From the NCBI GenBank assembly GCA_963797095.1, contig CAWCNY010000001.1:224001-288000 (forward strand): 64,000 nt of DNA. The letters run 5' to 3'. Under the pieces are notes generated by a model. It was given only the letters and a program-made list of their open reading frames with translations. It did no database searches and had not been told where the DNA came from. This DNA comes from an uncultured Chloroflexia bacterium. Its GTDB lineage: Bacteria > Chloroflexota > Chloroflexia > QHBQ01 > JADMIH01. Of the stretch, positions 59,755 through 64,000 are shown one piece after another (the stretch's first letter is position 1; every line of letters begins with the position of its first letter). The translations under genes and the position numbers were made by a program.

Positions 59755-61704
59755 TTACGCTCGGCTCAGTAATCCCCTCTCCGTTGCCACAGCCACTGCC
59801 TCGCCACGGCTAGCGACTTGGAGTTTCTGCAGGATGTTCCTTACGTGGTACTGCACCGTCTTGGTCGTGATGTTCAGTTGCGCGCCTATCTGCTTGTAGG
59901 GCATACCTTGAGCCATGCAACCCAGGATATCCATCTCGCGCTTGGTCAGCGCGTCAGGATCCACTTCCCGCCGAGCCAGCACGGCAAAGCGGTCCATCAC
60001 CCTGGTCGCCAGCGCGGGAGCGAGCGAAGACTCTCCACTGCCTGCGGCGCGCACAGCGGCTATAACGGTCGCAGGTGTTGCGTCCTTGAGCAAGTAGCCC
60101 CGCGCCCCCGCCTTGAGGCCGGCGAAGACCTCCTCATCCTGGTCGAACACGGTCAATATGACCACTTCAACCGCCGGGTGCGCCGCTCGCAACCGGGGTA
60201 GTGCTTCGATGCCCGACAGCCCGGGCATCTGCAAATCCAGGAGGACGACGTCAGGATGCAGGCGGGTCACCTGCTGGATTGCCGCCAGGCCATTTTCCGC
60301 CTCCCCTACGATCTCTATGTCCGGTTGCCCCTCGAGGATGTGGCGGATGCCTTGCCTCACAATAGAGTGGTCGTCCACGATCAGGACGCGGATGTGGCGA
60401 GCGTCCGAATGAGGAAGACTTACCAGATCAACAGGGGGAGGCCAAGCGGAAGGCTCGCGTAGAGCCTCAAGCAGGGTATCCTGCACGGGTAGCATAACAG
60501 CGGCCATAGTGGTACCCGAGCGGATGTAGGGAATGGTGGCGCGTACAGCAGTGCCATGTCCAGGGTGGCTGGTGACAAGCAGATCCCCGCCCAGGATACG
60601 CGCCCGCGCCGCCATGCTCAGCAGGCCGAAGCCGCCTTCATCTCTCGGTGCGGTAGCCCTCGTTGTACCTTTATTACTTGTAGTGCCCGGAGCTCCGGGC
60701 ACAAAGCCGACCCCGTCGTCTTCGACCGTGAGGACGACGGCTCCCTCCTCGAACGCCAACCCCAGGATGACGTGGCGGGCGGCGGCATGCTTGTATATAT
60801 TCTGAAAGGCTTCCTGGGCTACTCGGAATAGCGCTGTTGCCAGGTCAGGGGCCAGCAGACGTTCGACCCCATTGACGTAGAACTGGGTTGTGATGCCAGC
60901 CCGTTTCGCAAGTCCTGATAGCTCCACTGCCAGGGCGTCATGTAGCGACTGGTGCTGCAGAGGCGTTGGGTGCAGCCCCAGAACGGAGCGCCGAGCCTCC
61001 TCCAAAGCGCCACGTGCCAGTGCCTCAGTTTCGGCTAGGACATCGGCGTCCGCTCGCCTTCGCCTCGCTTTGTAGGGTTTGAGGGATTCGAGGTTGATTA
61101 TAATGCCGGCGAGCGACTGAGCCAGTGTGTCATGGATTTCTCGCGCAATGCGATTGCGCTCCTCAACGACGGCCAGGGCGCGGGCACGTTCATCCAGGCG
61201 GCGATGTTCCAGCGCCACAGCGAGCAGGTTGGCGATGGGCTCCACCAGAAGCACATCCTCAGGGCCATGGATGCCTGGCGTATTGCTGATGACAACAAGC
61301 CCGCCCAGTACGTGAGGAGCCGCTGCAATGGGCACAATCACGCCCGCGCGCCCGGTCTGCTCCAGAAGGAGCCGGTCGCCGGGGTACTTTTCCGCCGTGG
61401 CCGCGAAATCTGTGACGACGACCGGCTGATTGGCAAGCAGAGTGGGACCAAATGAGAAGTCGCTGAACGGCAAGGATCGCCCGGCTGCCTCCGTTGGTGT
61501 TGGGGGATTGCAGAAGGCGACGGCGAGCTCATGGGCATCGTCTGCGCGCCTGGACTCCTTAGCCTCCCCAGGATCCCCGGCACTTGGCCTCAGCAGCACG
61601 GCCAGGGCATCATGGACGAGTATGTGCTCAGCCTGTTTGGCGACGACGTCGAAAATCCGAGGGATGTCCAGGCCAGCGGCGATTGCCCGCATGATCACCG
61701 TCAA
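59755..61704 (-). CDS. cytoplasmic GAF-HisKA_3-HATPase kinase fused to a NarL-type REC-HTH regulator
   Basis: ERNRIAREIHDTLAQ, QEAFQNIYKHA, DDGVGF, GFGLLSM, then LIVDDH, LLDLQMP, GYLLK, LTKRE...TVQYHVRNILQKL, all in one frame. Confidence 0.9.
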   Translation of the reverse strand: MTVIMRAIAAGLDIPRIFDVVAKQAEHILVHDALAVLLRPSAGDPGEAKESRRADDAHELAVAFCNPPTPTEAAGRSLPFSDFSFGPTLLANQPVVVTDFAATAEKYPGDRLLLEQTGRAGVIVPIAAAPHVLGGLVVISNTPGIHGPEDVLLVEPIANLLAVALEHRRLDERARALAVVEERNRIAREIHDTLAQSLAGIIINLESLKPYKARRRRADADVLAETEALARGALEEARRSVLGLHPTPLQHQSLHDALAVELSGLAKRAGITTQFYVNGVERLLAPDLATALFRVAQEAFQNIYKHAAARHVILGLAFEEGAVVLTVEDDGVGFVPGAPGTTSNKGTTRATAPRDEGGFGLLSMAARARILGGDLLVTSHPGHGTAVRATIPYIRSGTTMAAVMLPVQDTLLEALREPSAWPPPVDLVSLPHSDARHIRVLIVDDHSIVRQGIRHILEGQPDIEIVGEAENGLAAIQQVTRLHPDVVLLDLQMPGLSGIEALPRLRAAHPAVEVVILTVFDQDEEVFAGLKAGARGYLLKDATPATVIAAVRAAGSGESSLAPALATRVMDRFAVLARREVDPDALTKREMDILGCMAQGMPYKQIGAQLNITTKTVQYHVRNILQKLQVASRGEAVAVATERGLLSRA

Positions 61705-62256
61705 AGGCGTAGCAGGGACAGATGCGACATGTGCGCCTGGTTGTGAGGAGGCTTTATTCGTATCTATTGCCCTGGTTGTTCAATTCCACGTTCAACTTTC
61801 ATAGTCTACATTTTCCATTATACTGGTCGACCGAAATCCGTAAAGAGAGGCCCGGCCTTCTGAAGCGAACGAAGAGCTCAATGGCTGCAAATTGCATCAA
61901 AAGCACAGCACTGAGTGGTGACCAACTGGAAGAAACCCTGGCTGCTTCGCATCAGTTGCGCAGTATTGTTATAGACCACCTGCATCGCACACATCGCAGC
62001 CACGGCCCCCCCGCTCCCGGCTACGTCCAGGCAGTTGTCGCTCCTGTTGATAGGCGTCATCACCAGCGGCCCCTGTAATCACCCCGGGACCGGGCACTGA
62101 CAATATGTGCCTGACCCTACTCTGTTTCCAGCGCAGTCCATGCACATGATGCGATCTGTCTTCCTGAATCCGTTGGTGATATAGTTATAGTTACGGTAGT
62201 GTACCAAACTCGTCTGCATCGTCCGCAGCAGCCATCTCTTAAGGAGGAGAAATGCT

Positions 62257-62631
62257 ATGCCCAGCTTCAACCGGGATATCGCCAACCTTGCAAGAAAGAA
62301 CTCGTTCTTCCGTCAGGAGGTAGTCACCGGCACCCACAGCCAGGTCGTCCTGATGAGCATTCCCCAGGGCGGGGAGATAGGCGAGGAAACCCACCTCGAC
62401 GTTGACCAGACGCTCATCATTGTGGTAGGTCATGGCAAAGCGATCTTGAACGGCGAGCAAAGTGAGGTTGGGCCGAACAGTCTATGCTTCGTGCCTGCCG
62501 GAACCAGGCACAATTTCGTCAATACAGGCGACACCGACCTCAAGCTCTACACCGTTTACGCCCCGCCGGAGCACGCGCCCGGTACGGTACACAAGACCAA
62601 AGCTGAAGCTGACGCTGCCGAGCACCAGTAG
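62257..62631 (+). CDS. cupin domain protein
   Basis: RBS AAGGAGG. QVVLMSI, IGEETH..VDQ, VPAGTRHNF.N, KLYTVYAPPEH. Confidence 0.92.
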   Translation: MPSFNRDIANLARKNSFFRQEVVTGTHSQVVLMSIPQGGEIGEETHLDVDQTLIIVVGHGKAILNGEQSEVGPNSLCFVPAGTRHNFVNTGDTDLKLYTVYAPPEHAPGTVHKTKAEADAAEHQ

Positions 62632-62800
62632 CGCACCAGTGGAGAGCATTCTCCCACTCTGCTGCGGAAGTGACTTGTCGCTCCAGCACTGAACCTGTCG
62701 GTCGTGACTTGATAGGAACCGGTCATCATTTTGCCTGAGAGGCCTGTCACTTCCGGACATCCTAAAAGACTTCGCGGTAATTCATGGAGGCAAATGAACC

Positions 62801-64000
62801 ATGAGTTTGCCACTGGAAGATAGCGCAGCAGCCAAATCGACCCACACGTCTGGCACGTCTGGCACGTCTGACACGTCTGACACGTCTGACACATCTGATG
62901 CAACCCCGGTGGCTAATATGGCCAATGCACAAAGAGCAGGACCGGTGGTGCCTCACGTGCCACCGGGCGGGGGGGAATTGGGCCGGCATCGGCAGCCTGG
63001 GCAGCCTCGGCAGCATCGGCGGGATGGCAGCAACCATCGCTCCCCACCCTGTTCAAGCAGCTGAACACGTCGCAACGTGGCCTGACCGCTCGGGAGGCTC
63101 GGGAGCGATTGGCGCGCTTTGGCCCCAATGAACCTGCGCCCGCACGCCGGAGGCCGCTTGTGGTGCAGGTACTCCTTCTCTTTGCCAACCCGCTGGTGGG
63201 CATACTGCTCTTCGCGAGCCTGGTATCGATCATCGTAGGGGACGAGATAAACGCTGGCATTATCCTGGTAATAGTGCTGCTCAGCGTAGCTCTCAACTTC
63301 TTCCAGTCCTACCGGTCTCAGCATGCTGCCGAGCGGCTACGGGCGCAGGTGGCTCCCACAGCCACAGCCCTTCGCGATGGCCAGTGGGTAGAGATACCCA
63401 GGCGTGAGCTGGTGCCAGGTGACATCGTTAGGTTGTCACCTGGAGATATGGTGCCCGCCGATGCCCGGCTGATAGATGAGCGAGACCTGCATGTACAGGA
63501 GGCGGCTCTCACCGGGGAGTCGATGCCGGTCGAAAAAGAAGCAATAGACGTGGACCTTGATGCCAAAAGCCCCCTTGAAGCAAGAAATACGGTCTTCCTG
63601 GGCACCTCAGTGATAAGCGGTATAGCAACGGCTTTGGTCGTCTTTACCGGGCGCAACACGCAGTTCGGGGATATAGCGACGCGCCTGTCGACTCGTCCCC
63701 CGGAAACCGAGTTCGAACGTGGTACCAGGCAATTCGGCTTACTCATAATGAGCACCGTCTTCTTCCTGGTGCTCTTCGTGTTCGTGGTTACCATCGCGGG
63801 GCACAAAGGCACACCCCTGGAAGCTCTGCTGTTCGCGGTGGCCCTCGCTGTGGGGTTGACCCCGGAATTCCTGCCGATGATTACCACTGTTACGTTGTCG
63901 CAGGCGGCGATGCACATGTCGCGCCGGAAGGTGATCGTAAAGAACCTTGCAGCCATACAAAACTTCGGCAGTATTGACATCCTGTGCTCGGACAAGACCG
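62801..64000 (+). CDS. mgtA: Mg2+-transporting P-type ATPase, partial, with apparent frameshift at G7 run 62969-62975
   Basis: Frame 1 reads GLTAREARERLARFGPNE, VPGD, PAD, LTGES, AVGLTPEFLPMI, LCSDKT at the window edge. The RBS-linked ATG (62801) is in frame 2. Confidence 0.85.

Overview
High-GC bacterial chromosome segment, most likely Chloroflexota. This is inferred from the rplU-rpmA-rpmE-tdk order, a sortase with an LPXTG-like substrate, a GAAC-N4-GTTC LexA-type box and a nifJ + DHOD-like gene pair. Positions 1-35.4 kb are mostly core or regulatory genes: OGG1-type glycosylase, tdk, L31/L27/L21, histidine kinases, Ser/Thr kinase, eno, sortase and substrate, apt, a SARP-STAND regulator, coxG, an acyl-CoA ligase, fdrA/DUF1116/DUF2877, CBS/USP/ackA and a GT-C protein. 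A dead serine-recombinase element sits directly behind apt. Positions 35.6-64 kb are accessory and pseudogene-rich: IS4 nested in IS6, IS701 and integrase-core remnants, a broken MalT-like regulator with a DUF4386 cluster, CoADR-rhodanese, bfr, nifJ-DHOD-like-gdhA, an IS6-ended MITE, an HK-RR fusion with a degenerate ECF sigma, and mgtA. The most striking unexplained signal is a vocabulary of mosaic heptamer tandem repeats. They fill intergenic spacers, insert in-frame into proteins, and in two cases bracket a single gene in mirror-symmetric inverted order (a PAAR/DUF4280-like gene and the sortase). No rRNA, tRNA or CRISPR array was seen. All family calls come from motif recognition by eye, not from database searches.
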